A DNA stretch of 64,000 nt from Terriglobia bacterium (GTDB lineage Bacteria > Acidobacteriota > Terriglobia > 20CM-2-55-15). The stretch spans positions 64,001-128,000 of the forward strand of contig CBDCLE010000025.1 in the NCBI GenBank assembly GCA_965218585.1, in the 5' to 3' direction. The first letter of the stretch is position 1; every line of letters begins with the position of its first letter. A program made the position numbers and the translations under genes. Under the pieces are notes generated by a model, which saw nothing but the letters and a program-made list of their open reading frames with translations, did not search any database and had not been told where the DNA came from. Below are positions 42,365 to 53,021 of this stretch, in pieces.

Positions 42365-43012
42365 ATGCTTCGTCCAGAGATATCTTATTCGGATCTTGCC
42401 TCGACAGAGGCCATATCGACTGAAGAAGCACTGTTTGTGCTCCGGCTTCGCGCTAACGAGGACGCGGCCTACGACGAATTGGTCCGAACGTATCACGCGC
42501 CGCTCTATCACGTTGCGTGCCGAATGCTTCAGGACCCCGGCGAGGCTGCCGATGTGACTCAGGACATCTTCGTCAAAGTGTTTCGTAACATCGGAAGATT
42601 CAAGGGTCAGGCCAGTCTCAAAACATGGATATTCAAGATCGGCTTTCGAGAGATCCTGAACCGTATTCGTTGGTCCAGGCGGCGTCACCGCCAATCAACG
42701 GTACCGTTGGAACAAGATTCCTTAGGCGCAGACGAGCGAAGCGCGCCGATTCAGATCGCAGACGAAGGCCCGACGCCCGACGCCGCACTGGAGAGAAGAG
42801 AACGCGAGGAAGCGATTCAGGAAGCTCTCTGGAAGCTTTCATCGGAACATCGATCGATCGTTGTCCTGCGCGATATCCAGGGATTTTCCTACAGCGAGAT
42901 TTCCGAGATCCTTGGCGTCTCCATGGGCACAGTAAAATCCCGACTCGCGCGGGCTCGGATGGAACTTAAGAAACGCCTGATGCGTTATCTGTCAGTGCAA
43001 CGCATCGGCTAA
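42365..43012 (+). CDS. ECF RNA polymerase sigma factor
   Basis: Region 2 AADVTQDIFVKVFRNI..F...SLKTWIFKI; region 4 FSYSEISEILGVSMGTVKSRLARAR. Confidence 0.93.
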   Translation: MLRPEISYSDLASTEAISTEEALFVLRLRANEDAAYDELVRTYHAPLYHVACRMLQDPGEAADVTQDIFVKVFRNIGRFKGQASLKTWIFKIGFREILNRIRWSRRRHRQSTVPLEQDSLGADERSAPIQIADEGPTPDAALERREREEAIQEALWKLSSEHRSIVVLRDIQGFSYSEISEILGVSMGTVKSRLARARMELKKRLMRYLSVQRIG

Positions 43013-43016
43013 TTCT

Positions 43017-43736
43017 GTGAGAAAAACGATGAAGAATCTCAAATCGATTCTGCGGAAAAGACAGCCTGGGGAAATGCACTGTGAGCAAGCTCAAGAACTC
43101 ATGAGCGCATTCATTGACTCAATGGCGACGCCGGACGAAGCGATCCAGATCGAAACACACGTTTCTGGATGTGAACCGTGTCAGAGACAACTCCAGTCGT
43201 ATGTGTCGGTGAGAAACCTGATGCGCGGCGTCGAAGAACCGGTGCTTCCTGCCGATCTGGTGCTGGAAACGCGCGTTCGACTCTCTCACGAAAGGACCTT
43301 CGATCCCCTGGCATGGGTAGAAACGTGGCTCGCGAATTCTCTGAGGCCGGTCGCACTGCCCGCTCTATTGGGCACGTGCTTTACCTTTCTCTTCTTTGGA
43401 ATGCTGTTGGGCGACCTCGTAGCACCTCCCGTCATCGCATCGGACAACGTGTCGACAGTACCGATCGCGCTATACCAGCGTGTACGCACGACCGATCCGA
43501 CCTTGACTCGTTTCGCAGATAACGGATCAACCCTGTCGGCACCGTTGACGGTAGATATTCTGGTAAGTGGAACTGGCCGAATGATCGACTACACGGTTCT
43601 CGCAGGATCGAGCGACCCGGACATCGACCGCTGGTTGCAGGAATTGCTCTACTATGCGGAGTTCACCCCAGCCAGTCTGTTTGGTCAGCCGGTAAACTCA
43701 AGGATCATCGTCTCGTTCATCGGCGTGAGGAGTTGA
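43017..43736 (+). CDS. Zinc-binding (HxxxCxxC) anti-sigma factor with TM helix and extracytoplasmic domain
   Basis: CEQAQELMSAFID...HVSGCEPC, one TM segment; directly follows the sigma gene. Confidence 0.85.
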   Translation: MRKTMKNLKSILRKRQPGEMHCEQAQELMSAFIDSMATPDEAIQIETHVSGCEPCQRQLQSYVSVRNLMRGVEEPVLPADLVLETRVRLSHERTFDPLAWVETWLANSLRPVALPALLGTCFTFLFFGMLLGDLVAPPVIASDNVSTVPIALYQRVRTTDPTLTRFADNGSTLSAPLTVDILVSGTGRMIDYTVLAGSSDPDIDRWLQELLYYAEFTPASLFGQPVNSRIIVSFIGVRS

Positions 43737-44859
43737 CCACGCCGGCAACTGCATCCGCAACTTTTCCGGCTACGTTCCCTGCCCCGAGCTTCCGTCTCAG
43801 TTTCTCGTAGTTGCCACGAATCTCCGACTGTATCCAGACATCATCCATCAGCTTCAGAGTTACTTCTGCAACGTTCGCCTCAGTCATACGGTCCTGATAG
43901 AGTTCAGGTACAACCTTCTCACCAAGAATGATATTGACCAGGCCGAACATCCGAACCTTCAACAGGAACTTCCCCAGTAACCAGGTGGCCCGACCGATCC
44001 GGTAAACAATAACCTCGGGGGTACCCAGCAAAGCAGTTTCCAGTGTAGCCGTGCCGCTGGCAACGATTGCTGCCCTGGAATAACGAATGGCGTCGTAGGT
44101 ATCCCCCTTCACCAATCGGATCGGGCGAGAGCCCAAGAATCCCCGGACAAAATCCTCCGGCAGACCCGTCGCAACAGGAAGAACAAACTGCGTATCTGGC
44201 TTCTCCGCCAGTATCCGATCCACTGCAAGACAAACGGTGGGAAGGATGTAGCGCAACTCCTTGCGCCGGCTTCCTGGAAGTAGCGCAACCAGCGGTTTGT
44301 TGTTGTCCAGACGATACTTTGCAAGGAATGCACCGCGAGCCATTCGGGGGTGCACATTGTCCAGAAGAGGGTGTCCGACAAACTCGACGTCGATGCCGGC
44401 GCGGCGATAGATCTCCTCCTCAAACGGAAGGATCACGAGCATCTTGTCCACAACCTCCCGAATCTGGTTGACCCGTCCCGGACGCCAGGCCCAGATCTGA
44501 GGGCTGATGTAGTACACGACCGGAATCCCCAGCGCCTTCAACCGGCCGGCCAGACGCATATTGAAATCGGGGAAATCAATTAGGACTGCTGCAGAAGGAG
44601 GTTGATCTTCGACAAGGCGGCTCAGATTGCGGAAGACCCGATAAAGGGATCCGAAATGACTGATCGCTTCAAACGGACCCACTACTGCGGTGTGACTGAT
44701 GTCGGCGACCGATTCCACACCGGCGTCGCGCATCCGCTCTCCTCCAAGGCCGAAAATTCGTGAACCTCTGAATTTCCGTTTCAGCGCCCGAGCCACTTCG
44801 GCCCCATACATGTCTCCGGAAGCTTCACCTGCAACGAGGAGGAACTGCTGGGATGTCAC
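43717..44859 (-). CDS. lpxB: Lipid-A-disaccharide synthase
   Basis: AGEASGD, IDFPDFN, SPQIWAWR, VGHPL, LPGSR, SGTATLE. Confidence 0.97.
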   Translation of the reverse strand: MTSQQFLLVAGEASGDMYGAEVARALKRKFRGSRIFGLGGERMRDAGVESVADISHTAVVGPFEAISHFGSLYRVFRNLSRLVEDQPPSAAVLIDFPDFNMRLAGRLKALGIPVVYYISPQIWAWRPGRVNQIREVVDKMLVILPFEEEIYRRAGIDVEFVGHPLLDNVHPRMARGAFLAKYRLDNNKPLVALLPGSRRKELRYILPTVCLAVDRILAEKPDTQFVLPVATGLPEDFVRGFLGSRPIRLVKGDTYDAIRYSRAAIVASGTATLETALLGTPEVIVYRIGRATWLLGKFLLKVRMFGLVNIILGEKVVPELYQDRMTEANVAEVTLKLMDDVWIQSEIRGNYEKLRRKLGAGNVAGKVADAVAGVVNSSRR

Positions 44860-44869
44860 GAGTGGCCTG

Positions 44870-45442
44870 TCACTGGATAACGTTCTGAACTTCGATAAAC
44901 TGCGGGATGGGGCCCGACACGCTCAACGCTTCAGTCCAGATGAGCGTCCTTCCTTCGACAACAGCCAGGACTATCACCCTGTAGTCGCCCAAGGGAACGC
45001 CGGTGAATTCGAAGCGGCCGTCACGGGACACTTCCCTAAACCACTTCGGGAACTCTTCCCCTAAAGACCTCTGCATCTCCGTAATAACGGATCTCGTTGC
45101 GTCACGATAAGCCCAACCCGCTATTTCGGTGTAGGCGTCCCTGTTTCTGGCAACCACATCGCGATAGCGATTGAAATACAGGTCCAAACCCTGCTGCACA
45201 TCTCTGTTCCAGAACAAGGCCCAATCAGGGGTCATGAGGACGGCGCGTGGCAGATCCGAACCTTCCATGTCGTCGTCGATCGCCACACGCCCAATGATCG
45301 TTCCAACCCTCGAGTCCTGCCCAGAATCTTGCTCGGCCAAAGCTGCACGCGGACCAGCCCCCAGCAAGGCTGCGATCAGAAAGGACAGACCGATTGCCGA
45401 TAATTCCCTCTGTCTCATTAAACGTGTGGTTTCGCCAAACAT
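44870..45442 (-). CDS. Hypothetical exported protein (carboxypeptidase-regulatory-like beta sandwich)
   Basis: Signal-like N-terminus, GTIIGRV and DGRFEFTGVPLGDYRV; packed between murA and lpxB. Confidence 0.6.
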   Translation of the reverse strand: MFGETTRLMRQRELSAIGLSFLIAALLGAGPRAALAEQDSGQDSRVGTIIGRVAIDDDMEGSDLPRAVLMTPDWALFWNRDVQQGLDLYFNRYRDVVARNRDAYTEIAGWAYRDATRSVITEMQRSLGEEFPKWFREVSRDGRFEFTGVPLGDYRVIVLAVVEGRTLIWTEALSVSGPIPQFIEVQNVIQ

Positions 45443-45448
45443 ACCGGA

Positions 45449-46703
45449 CTACTTCAGGCGTTCAATCGAGGCACCAACTGCGGACAACCGCTCGTCGAGC
45501 CGCTCGTAACCACGATCCAGATGATAGACACGGTCGATGACGGTCTCTCCCTCAGCCACCAGGCCGGCCAAGACAAGAGAAGCACTGGCCCGCAGGTCGG
45601 AGGCAATAACATTGGCGCCGCTCAAACGAGTCGGACCTTTGACTATTGCGCGCGCCCCCTCGATTTTGACGTCAGCACCCATCCGAACCAACTCGCTTGC
45701 GTGCATGAAGCGATTCTCAAAGATTCGCTCCGTAATGACTGATGTTCCCGAAGCCTGCGTCATGAGGGCCATGTACTGCGCCTGCATGTCGGTCGCAAAT
45801 CCAGGGTATTCCTTCGTCATCACATCCGCGGCCTTCGGAGCGGAACCGCCGCAGACATGGATGGCATGCCCATCCGTCCTGATCTCGGCTCCAGCTTCGC
45901 TCAGTTTTTCGATGGTGCTGGAAAGCGAAATTGGATCGGCTCCCTGCAGCCTCGAGGTTGCCCTCGGTGATGACTCCAGCGATGAGGAAGGTTCCCGCCT
46001 CGATACGGTCTGGGATCACCCGGTGGCTGGTTCCATTCAACCTGGATACACCTTGAATCGTAATCGTTGATGTGCCGGCACCCTCGACTCGCGCGCCCAT
46101 TCGGTTGAGCAGTAGTGCGAGATCCGAGACCTCCGGCTCACACGCCGCGTTGCGTAGAGTTGTCGTGCCATCGGCGAGCGTCGCGGCCATCATCAGGTTC
46201 TCGGTTCCTGTAACGGTAATCCTATCGAACAAGATATCCGCGCCTCTGAGTCGATCTGCAACGGCCTCGACGTATCCATGGTCGGTTCGAACCTCAGCCC
46301 CGAGTTTCCGGAAACCCCGGATGTGGAGATCGATCGGTCGGGCTCCGATGGCACAGCCACCCGGAAGCGAAACGCGCGCTCGACCGAACCGGGCCAGCAG
46401 TGGCCCTAGCACCAATACAGAGGCTCGCATCGTTTTAACCAATTCGTAGCGCGCTTCACAGGAATCCAGAGCAGCAGCCGATAACGTCGCGCTACGGTCG
46501 CTGGAAACTTCAACGTCGACCCCTAACTCCTCAAGCAGTTTCCGGGTTGTTTGGATGTCGTTTACAAGTGGAAGATTTTGAAGCTCAACGGGTTCCCCCG
46601 TCAGCAGGGTGGCAGCCATCGCAGGCAAGGCCGCATTCTTTGCACCTTGGATGGGCACAATTCCCTCCAAACGTGTACCACCCTGTATCTTCAGTTTGTC
46701 CAT
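45449..46703 (-). CDS. murA: UDP-N-acetylglucosamine 1-carboxyvinyltransferase, frameshifted at ~45950 (probable indel error)
   Basis: [31 protein letters not shown], then [27 protein letters not shown] in a second frame. Confidence 0.93.
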
Positions 46704-46750
46704 CTATCCCGATGTCCTCGAGCAAACTATCCTATATTCTAGTCTTCGCT

Positions 46751-47581
46751 ATGAGCCAAGTCGACGACGTTCGGATTCGAAGAGCAGGGGGACTCGAAGA
46801 CTATGAGGCGTGTGTCACTTTGCAGCAAGCCGTCCCTCAGGCTGCCCCGTCGGAGGACATTGTCGGCCTGACTTTTCTGGTAGCTGGGAACAGCTACGGA
46901 GGCAGCCTTCTGCTCGCAGAGGAGGCTGACGGGCAGCTTGCCGGTTTCTCTTTCGCCCTGTTGTGCCGTACTCCCGAGGATGGCGGGTTGTTCTGGTGGT
47001 CTCAGCTAACGCTGGTCGCACGTGAAGCTCAAGGGAAAGATGTCCACTTTCAGCTGAAGCTGGCCCAGCGGAAAGATGCGCTCGAAAATGGTATTCATGA
47101 AATTCGCTGGACTGTCGATCCCTTGCGGGCAACGAGCGCTCACCTCAACCTCCGGAAGCTCGGAGCGGTCTCGCACGTACTGGAAGAGAACGCCTACGGT
47201 TTCCCTCCCAACCCTCTCGAACGGGCTCTTCCCACGGATCGCCTTCATGTCGAATGGCATCTGAATTCAAACAGGGTCACGAACCGGCTAAGCGGCTCCG
47301 CGGGACTCATCTTCCGCGACTTAGACGGCTTGATACGCGTTTTTGAGGTCCACGAGGGAAGCCCGGGACCTCCGGATCTCACATTCGAAGAAAGTCTTCT
47401 ATTGTTGGAAATTCCGACAGATTTCGAGGCCGTGAAAGAAGCGAACCTGGCCTCAGCATGGCAGGACATCCTCCGCAAGACGTTCCACCACTATTTCGAA
47501 CAGGGCTATGCCGTCACAGATTTCATGATGGTAGATAAACCTCGTCCCAAGGCGTTCTATGTACTGGAAAAGACCGAGTGA
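46751..47581 (+). CDS. GNAT-family N-acetyltransferase-like protein
   Basis: GGSLLLA...LAGFSF, QGKDVHFQLKLAQR, IRWTVDPL..AHLNLRKLGA, PTDRLHVEW; start ATG 46751. Confidence 0.75.
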   Translation: MSQVDDVRIRRAGGLEDYEACVTLQQAVPQAAPSEDIVGLTFLVAGNSYGGSLLLAEEADGQLAGFSFALLCRTPEDGGLFWWSQLTLVAREAQGKDVHFQLKLAQRKDALENGIHEIRWTVDPLRATSAHLNLRKLGAVSHVLEENAYGFPPNPLERALPTDRLHVEWHLNSNRVTNRLSGSAGLIFRDLDGLIRVFEVHEGSPGPPDLTFEESLLLLEIPTDFEAVKEANLASAWQDILRKTFHHYFEQGYAVTDFMMVDKPRPKAFYVLEKTE

Positions 47582-47595
47582 TTAGTTTCGCCAGT

Positions 47596-48972
47596 TTATC
47601 GCGAGAAAATGACTTGAGCGTTTCCGAAATCGATGGTGACCCGGTACTCCTTCAGAAAATCGTACCCGACAATTCCTGCAACCTCGATGCCCAGGATTTT
47701 TGAGATTTCATCCATATCGATCGCTACCATCAACGGAAACGACGCCTGAAACTCTTCGGTCGAGAGCGCTACTCCGGGCACGGGCAGGGCAACCCCGCCA
47801 ACACCGGCAATGCCTGCCAGTCCGAGATTGATTCCGCCTCCGGAGTTGTCTTCGGTGACGCCGAGCGCTGCAGCGGTACTATGGGAAAGCACAGAAGTGA
47901 CGGCGCCCGTATCAACTAGAAACAATCCTTCATAATCACCGTTAACCCGAAGCGGCACGAATACCAGATTGCTGAAAAACCAACCGGGCACACTTTCGCC
48001 GAGGCTCTCTTCCGCTACATTGGATACATTTAATTCAATCACCGAGTTCGGATAGTCGATGGAAACAATTTCGTTGCTGAAAGTGGCCGTGCTGAAGATC
48101 CCGTCCGTCAGCTCCCCCAACAGAGGATCCGATAGGGTCCCAACCGGCAGATTCTGAACCTCGATACCGCCGATGGTTAATTCGTCGACCCGATAAATAC
48201 CGCTTTCCACGCGCCCGTCCCCACCGATTCCGTATATCAGCGTGGAAGTGATTGGCGTCAATCCCAGTTCCCCAAGCAATCGTTCGGTAAAAACCGTTTG
48301 AGAGGCACCCGAATCGACTATGAATTCGAACGGCCCCTCGGCCCCAACCGTGACTTCCGCAAATATCAGGTTCAAACCCTGCGAGACAGTGATCCGGCCG
48401 GTCTCACCAGACAGTTCGTAAGCCCCCATCTGGACAGACCCGAAGTCCTTGATGACTTCCAACACAGCTTCCACCTGTCCGAGCTTCTCCGGGTCATACG
48501 TCGGGTTGAGATCCACATAGGCCTCCAGCTCTCGAACCTGCTCTTGGACGTCCCCCTCATAGGCGTACGCATCCGCGAGAGCAAGCCGGTAAATCGCCAC
48601 ATCAGGCGCCAGCCGGACGGCTCTGGACAGAGAATCGATTGCCTCGCCGAGCCTCACTTTTCCCATGAAGAGCTTCCCAAGACCAAAATGGGCACGGGCA
48701 GTGTCGGGATCCAGATCCAGAGCACGCGAATAGTAATCGCGGGAGGTGTCGAACCGAGCCTTCCTGAATTCAATTTCCCCTTTAAACGCAAGGACATCCG
48801 CGCCTTCCGGCAATGAATCGAGGATGGTTTCCGCTTCGCCGATGGCATCGGCCAACAGAAGACTCGAGACTTCCTCGATCGGAGCCTCGGTCCCCTGTTG
48901 GCTGAAACCCAGAAAAGGAAGCGTCAGGAGGAGAAAAACAGCGCTCAGTGTGCCACGGGGGCTGCTTGACAT
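47596..48972 (-). CDS. Secreted TPR protein with two retropepsin-like aspartyl protease domains
   Basis: Signal peptide, TPR helices, FIVDSGAS and FLVDTGAV motifs, GIVGYDFL. Confidence 0.85.
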   Translation of the reverse strand: MSSSPRGTLSAVFLLLTLPFLGFSQQGTEAPIEEVSSLLLADAIGEAETILDSLPEGADVLAFKGEIEFRKARFDTSRDYYSRALDLDPDTARAHFGLGKLFMGKVRLGEAIDSLSRAVRLAPDVAIYRLALADAYAYEGDVQEQVRELEAYVDLNPTYDPEKLGQVEAVLEVIKDFGSVQMGAYELSGETGRITVSQGLNLIFAEVTVGAEGPFEFIVDSGASQTVFTERLLGELGLTPITSTLIYGIGGDGRVESGIYRVDELTIGGIEVQNLPVGTLSDPLLGELTDGIFSTATFSNEIVSIDYPNSVIELNVSNVAEESLGESVPGWFFSNLVFVPLRVNGDYEGLFLVDTGAVTSVLSHSTAAALGVTEDNSGGGINLGLAGIAGVGGVALPVPGVALSTEEFQASFPLMVAIDMDEISKILGIEVAGIVGYDFLKEYRVTIDFGNAQVIFSR

Positions 48973-49031
48973 GATGTTCAGTCTCCGTTTATTATCAGAA
49001 CTTTGCGTACACGTTAGGGGAGAGTCCAAGT

Positions 49032-49463
49032 ATGCCCACGCGTTTCTTAACTAAGGCTGAAGCCGCCGCCGATGATCAGTGGTTCGTCATCGATGCAGCT
49101 GATCAGGTACTCGGCCGTCTTGCCACCAAAGTCGCAACTCTTCTGAGCGGCAAGCACAAGGCGGGCTATGCCCCGTTCTTAATAACAGGCGATCACGTCA
49201 TTATTATCAACGCCAATAAGATTAGACTGACTGGACGAAAATTGGACCAGAAAATCTACTATCGACACACGGGATACCTCGGCGGACTGAAAGAGGTATC
49301 TGCACGTCGCATGTTCGAGGGCCGGCCCGAGCGCCTCGTCGAGGAGGCCGTGCTCGGCATGCTGCCCAAGAACAAATTGCGCAAAAGGATGGCTAAACGG
49401 CTTCGCGTATATGCGGGAGCGGAACATCCACATGCGGCGCAGAAACCCGAGGTCATCTCATAA
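49032..49463 (+). CDS. rplM: 50S ribosomal protein L13
   Basis: [40 protein letters not shown]. Confidence 0.98.
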   Translation: MPTRFLTKAEAAADDQWFVIDAADQVLGRLATKVATLLSGKHKAGYAPFLITGDHVIIINANKIRLTGRKLDQKIYYRHTGYLGGLKEVSARRMFEGRPERLVEEAVLGMLPKNKLRKRMAKRLRVYAGAEHPHAAQKPEVIS

Positions 49464-49479
49464 TCCCTGTGGAGGTTGA

Positions 49480-49872
49480 TTGAGCTTAGTTCAGTATTAC
49501 GGTACGGGCCGGAGGAAGACGTCCACGGCCCGAGTTTTTCTGAGACCCGGAACCGGAAACATTAAGGTAAACGGTCGGCCTTTCGAGACGCATTTCTTCG
49601 ATGAAGTCCATCGGATGATCATCCGGCAGCCTCTCCAACTCTGCGACTCCCTGGACAAATTCGACATCCTGATCACCGTCAAGGGCGGCGGTGTCACCGG
49701 TCAGGCAGGAGCGGTCCGGCACGGATTGTCGAGAGCTCTGGTTGAAGCCAACACCGAGTTCAGGCCGGGATTGAAGAAGGCAGGGTTTCTCACTCGCGAT
49801 CCGCGGATGGTGGAGCGTAAAAAATACGGTCAGCCAGGAGCCCGAAAGCGGTTCCAGTTCTCGAAACGGTAA
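49480..49872 (+). CDS. rpsI: 30S ribosomal protein S9
   Basis: [30 protein letters not shown]...QFSKR. Confidence 0.98.
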   Translation: MSLVQYYGTGRRKTSTARVFLRPGTGNIKVNGRPFETHFFDEVHRMIIRQPLQLCDSLDKFDILITVKGGGVTGQAGAVRHGLSRALVEANTEFRPGLKKAGFLTRDPRMVERKKYGQPGARKRFQFSKR

Positions 49873-49882
49873 TTAACCAGGA

Positions 49883-49912
49883 GCCCGGGACCGATCTCCC
49901 GGGCAATTTTTT
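49883..49912 (+). terminator. Hairpin/terminator between rpsI and rpsB
   Basis: GCCCGGGA-CCGATC-TCCCGGGC followed by AATTTTTT. Confidence 0.6.
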
Positions 49913-49963
49913 GTTCTCTTCTGGAGACAGAGAACGAACAAATCTTTTGTTACGGAGGTCTAT

Positions 49964-50878
49964 TTGGTATCTATCACAATGAAGGAGCTTCTGGAGGCAG
50001 GCGTACACTTTGGCCACCAGACCAAACGCTGGAACCCGAAAATGAAATCGTACATTTTCGGAGAACGTAACGGCATCTACATCATCGACCTGCAGAAGAC
50101 CCTCCACCTTTTCAAGGAAGCAACTCAGTTCGTTACAGAGCTTGCCGCTCAGGGAAAGACATTCCTTTTCGTTGGGACCAAACGCCAGGCACAGGATGCA
50201 ATCGCCGAAGAGTCGCAGCGGTGCGGCATGTTTTATGTAAACCAACGCTGGCTCGGTGGCCTGCTCACCAACTTCACAACCATCCAGAAATCTGTACGAC
50301 GACTCAAAGATTTGGAGGCAATGAAAGAAGACGGGCGCTATGAACTGCTACCGAAAAAGGAAGTCCTAAGGCTAGAGCGACTCCGAAAAGCTCTCGACAA
50401 GAACCTCTCAGGCGTCAAGAACATGTCCAGTCTGCCGGATGCTATCTTTATCATCGATTCCCGACGGGAAGAGATTGCCGTAGCTGAGGCGCGAAGACTG
50501 AAAATTCCTGTAATGGCGATAGTCGACACCAATTGCGATCCCGAACTGATCGACCACGTGATTCCCGGTAACGACGACGCATTGCGAGCAATCCGCCTCT
50601 TTACTTCAAGGATCGCAGATTCAATCCTCGAAGGGCAGGCTCTCGCTTCGAAGGCGAAAGCGGACGCGGAAGAGGAACAGGCTGAACAGACCGGAGAAGA
50701 AGCTGCCCCGCCAGAAACGGCGACTGCGAAGGCAAGCACAGCCGATCCCCAGCCAGCGAATACTCCGGAGGTAACCGAGGCAGCGGCTGAAACAACGACG
50801 GCCTCATCTGCGGCGCCGGAAGAATCGGGTGCAGAGGATTCGGTGAAGACGACAGACGAGACGCCCGCGACAACGTGA
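49964..50878 (+). CDS. rpsB: 30S ribosomal protein S2 (acidic Ala/Thr-rich C-tail)
   Basis: [34 protein letters not shown]. Confidence 0.98.
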   Translation: MVSITMKELLEAGVHFGHQTKRWNPKMKSYIFGERNGIYIIDLQKTLHLFKEATQFVTELAAQGKTFLFVGTKRQAQDAIAEESQRCGMFYVNQRWLGGLLTNFTTIQKSVRRLKDLEAMKEDGRYELLPKKEVLRLERLRKALDKNLSGVKNMSSLPDAIFIIDSRREEIAVAEARRLKIPVMAIVDTNCDPELIDHVIPGNDDALRAIRLFTSRIADSILEGQALASKAKADAEEEQAEQTGEEAAPPETATAKASTADPQPANTPEVTEAAAETTTASSAAPEESGAEDSVKTTDETPATT

Positions 50879-50975
50879 CCTGCCCGCAGCGCGATTGTTC
50901 AGGTTCAGCGAGTTAAATATACGAAGGCGGAAATTGAAGATTTTCGCCTATTTTTTTGTAAGGAGTTGAGACTCG

Positions 50976-51626
50976 ATGGCGATCAATGCCCAGCAAGTTA
51001 AGGAACTGCGCGAAAAGACGGGCGCCGGGATGATGGACTGTAAGAACGCTCTGACGGAAAGCGAAGGCGATATCGAAAAGGCGATCGTCCTGCTCCGCAA
51101 GAAGGGCCTTGCGGCCGCTCAAAAGAAAGCGACTCGTGTGGCGGCCGAAGGAATGATCGGACACTATATCCACGGCGGTGGCACTCTAGGTGTCCTGATC
51201 GAAGTGAACTGTGAGACAGATTTCGCAGCCCGAAACGATGACTTTCAGGCTCTCGTCAAAGATCTCGCTATGCATGTCGCGGCACAGAACCCGGCCTATG
51301 TTCGCCGGGAAGAGGTACCGGAAGACATCGTTAACCGGGAAAAAGAGATTTACAGGGATCAGGCACGTAGTTCTGGAAAGCCGGAGCAGATTATCGATAA
51401 AATCGCGGAAGGCAAGCTGGGAGCTTTTTTTAAAGCCTCGTGCTTGTACGAACAGGAGTTTGTCAAGGACACCTCGTTAACCGTTGAGGAACTCATCAAT
51501 AATCTGACCGGTAAGATCGGCGAAAAGATCCAGGTCAGAAGGTTCGTGCGACTTAAGACGGGCGAAGGACTGGAGAAACGAGTGACAGACCTGGCTGCGG
51601 AAGTTCAAGAACAGTTGGGTGGCTAA
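50976..51626 (+). CDS. tsf: Elongation factor Ts (short form)
   Basis: VKELREKTGAGMMDCK, EVNCETDF. Confidence 0.97.
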   Translation: MAINAQQVKELREKTGAGMMDCKNALTESEGDIEKAIVLLRKKGLAAAQKKATRVAAEGMIGHYIHGGGTLGVLIEVNCETDFAARNDDFQALVKDLAMHVAAQNPAYVRREEVPEDIVNREKEIYRDQARSSGKPEQIIDKIAEGKLGAFFKASCLYEQEFVKDTSLTVEELINNLTGKIGEKIQVRRFVRLKTGEGLEKRVTDLAAEVQEQLGG

Positions 51627-51641
51627 TCGCAGGATCTTTCT

Positions 51642-52352
51642 ATGAAGACTCGGTACCAGCGCGTTCTGCTGAAGTTGAGCGGTGAATCGCTCATGGGTTC
51701 ACAACCGTTCGGTATCGACCCTGAGATCGTCGCGGGCATCGCCCGCCAGGTGAAAGATGTTCACAGCCTCGGCGTTGAAATCGGGATCGTCATCGGTGGT
51801 GGCAACATTTTTCGCGGACTCGCAGCAAGCGAACGAGGCTTCGACCGGGTCTCTGCTGACCATATGGGAATGCTAGCGACCGTGATGAACGCGTTAGCCA
51901 TGCAGGATGCCCTGGAAAACGCCGAAGTCCATACGCGAGTCCTCTCCGCAATCGAAATGCGGCAGGTAGCCGAGCCCTATATCCGACGTCGAGCGGTCCG
52001 GCACCTCGAAAAAGGGCGCGTCGTCGTCTTTGCTGCAGGAACGGGAAACCCATATTTCTCAACCGACACTACCGCCGCCTTACGCGCCATGGAAATAAAG
52101 GCGGAAGTCATCATGAAAGCCACTCGGGTCAACGGCATCTACGATGCCGACCCTGAAACCGTGCCAGATGCCAAGATGTTCCCCGAAATCTCCTATCTCG
52201 ATGTCCTTACCCAGGGCCTCCGTGTTATGGACACGACAGCAATATCCTTGTGTATGGATAACAATCTTCCGATCATCGTCTTCAACATCAAGGAAGAGGG
52301 AAACATCAAGCGCGTCGTGCTCGGGGAAAAGATAGGATCGCTCGTTCAGTAG
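51642..52352 (+). CDS. pyrH: UMP kinase
   Basis: [23 protein letters not shown]. Confidence 0.97.
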   Translation: MKTRYQRVLLKLSGESLMGSQPFGIDPEIVAGIARQVKDVHSLGVEIGIVIGGGNIFRGLAASERGFDRVSADHMGMLATVMNALAMQDALENAEVHTRVLSAIEMRQVAEPYIRRRAVRHLEKGRVVVFAAGTGNPYFSTDTTAALRAMEIKAEVIMKATRVNGIYDADPETVPDAKMFPEISYLDVLTQGLRVMDTTAISLCMDNNLPIIVFNIKEEGNIKRVVLGEKIGSLVQ

Positions 52353-52386
52353 CCAGCTCGTCCGTGCAGTCCTGGAGGTTATTGCC

Positions 52387-52947
52387 ATGCCGACGAAAGC
52401 GGAAATCGCGCAGGTAAAAGAAAGAATGGGAAAGGCGGTAGAGGACCTCAGGCGCGAGCTTGCGTCCATTCGAACCGGGCGCGCTTCGCTCTCTCTGTTT
52501 GACAACATCGTGGTCGATTACTATGGCGTGCCGACACCCATCAATCAGGTCGCAACGTTATCGATCCCGGAACCGAGCCTGATTACCCTACAGGCCTACG
52601 ATGTCTCTCTTATCGGCGCTATTGAAAAAGCGATTCTCGCATCCGACCTGGGTCTGAATCCGGCCAATGACGGGCGCCTGATCCGGATCCCCATTCCTCC
52701 ACTAAACGAAGAAAGACGGCAACAGTTAGCCAAACACGTCCACAAGGTCCTTGAAGATCACCGGACAGCTGTTCGGAATATTCGTCGGGACGGAAACGAG
52801 ACCATGAAAAAACATCTCAAGAACAAGGAGATGTCTGAGGACGACGAGCATCGCGCGCTGGATGAAATCCAGAAACTCACCGACGAGTACATCGGTAAAC
52901 TGGAAGAGATCGCCAAGACCAAGGAAGAAGAAATCCTCACCGTCTGA
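52387..52947 (+). CDS. frr: Ribosome recycling factor
   Basis: IRTGRA, YYG.PTP, PPLNEERR, VRNIRRD. Confidence 0.97.
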   Translation: MPTKAEIAQVKERMGKAVEDLRRELASIRTGRASLSLFDNIVVDYYGVPTPINQVATLSIPEPSLITLQAYDVSLIGAIEKAILASDLGLNPANDGRLIRIPIPPLNEERRQQLAKHVHKVLEDHRTAVRNIRRDGNETMKKHLKNKEMSEDDEHRALDEIQKLTDEYIGKLEEIAKTKEEEILTV

Positions 52948-52966
52948 CTTCCCGTACCAAATCTGT

Positions 52967-53015
52967 AACGCAGAGAGCGCAGAGGCCGCAGTAAGACCGT
53001 CTTTATCTCTGCGTT
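52967..53015. repeat. CGCAGAG-type palindromic intergenic repeat
   Basis: AACGCAGAGAGCGCAGAGGCCGCAG...TCTCTGCGTT between convergent frr and tsaD. Confidence 0.55.
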
Positions 53016-53021
53016 TAGGAT

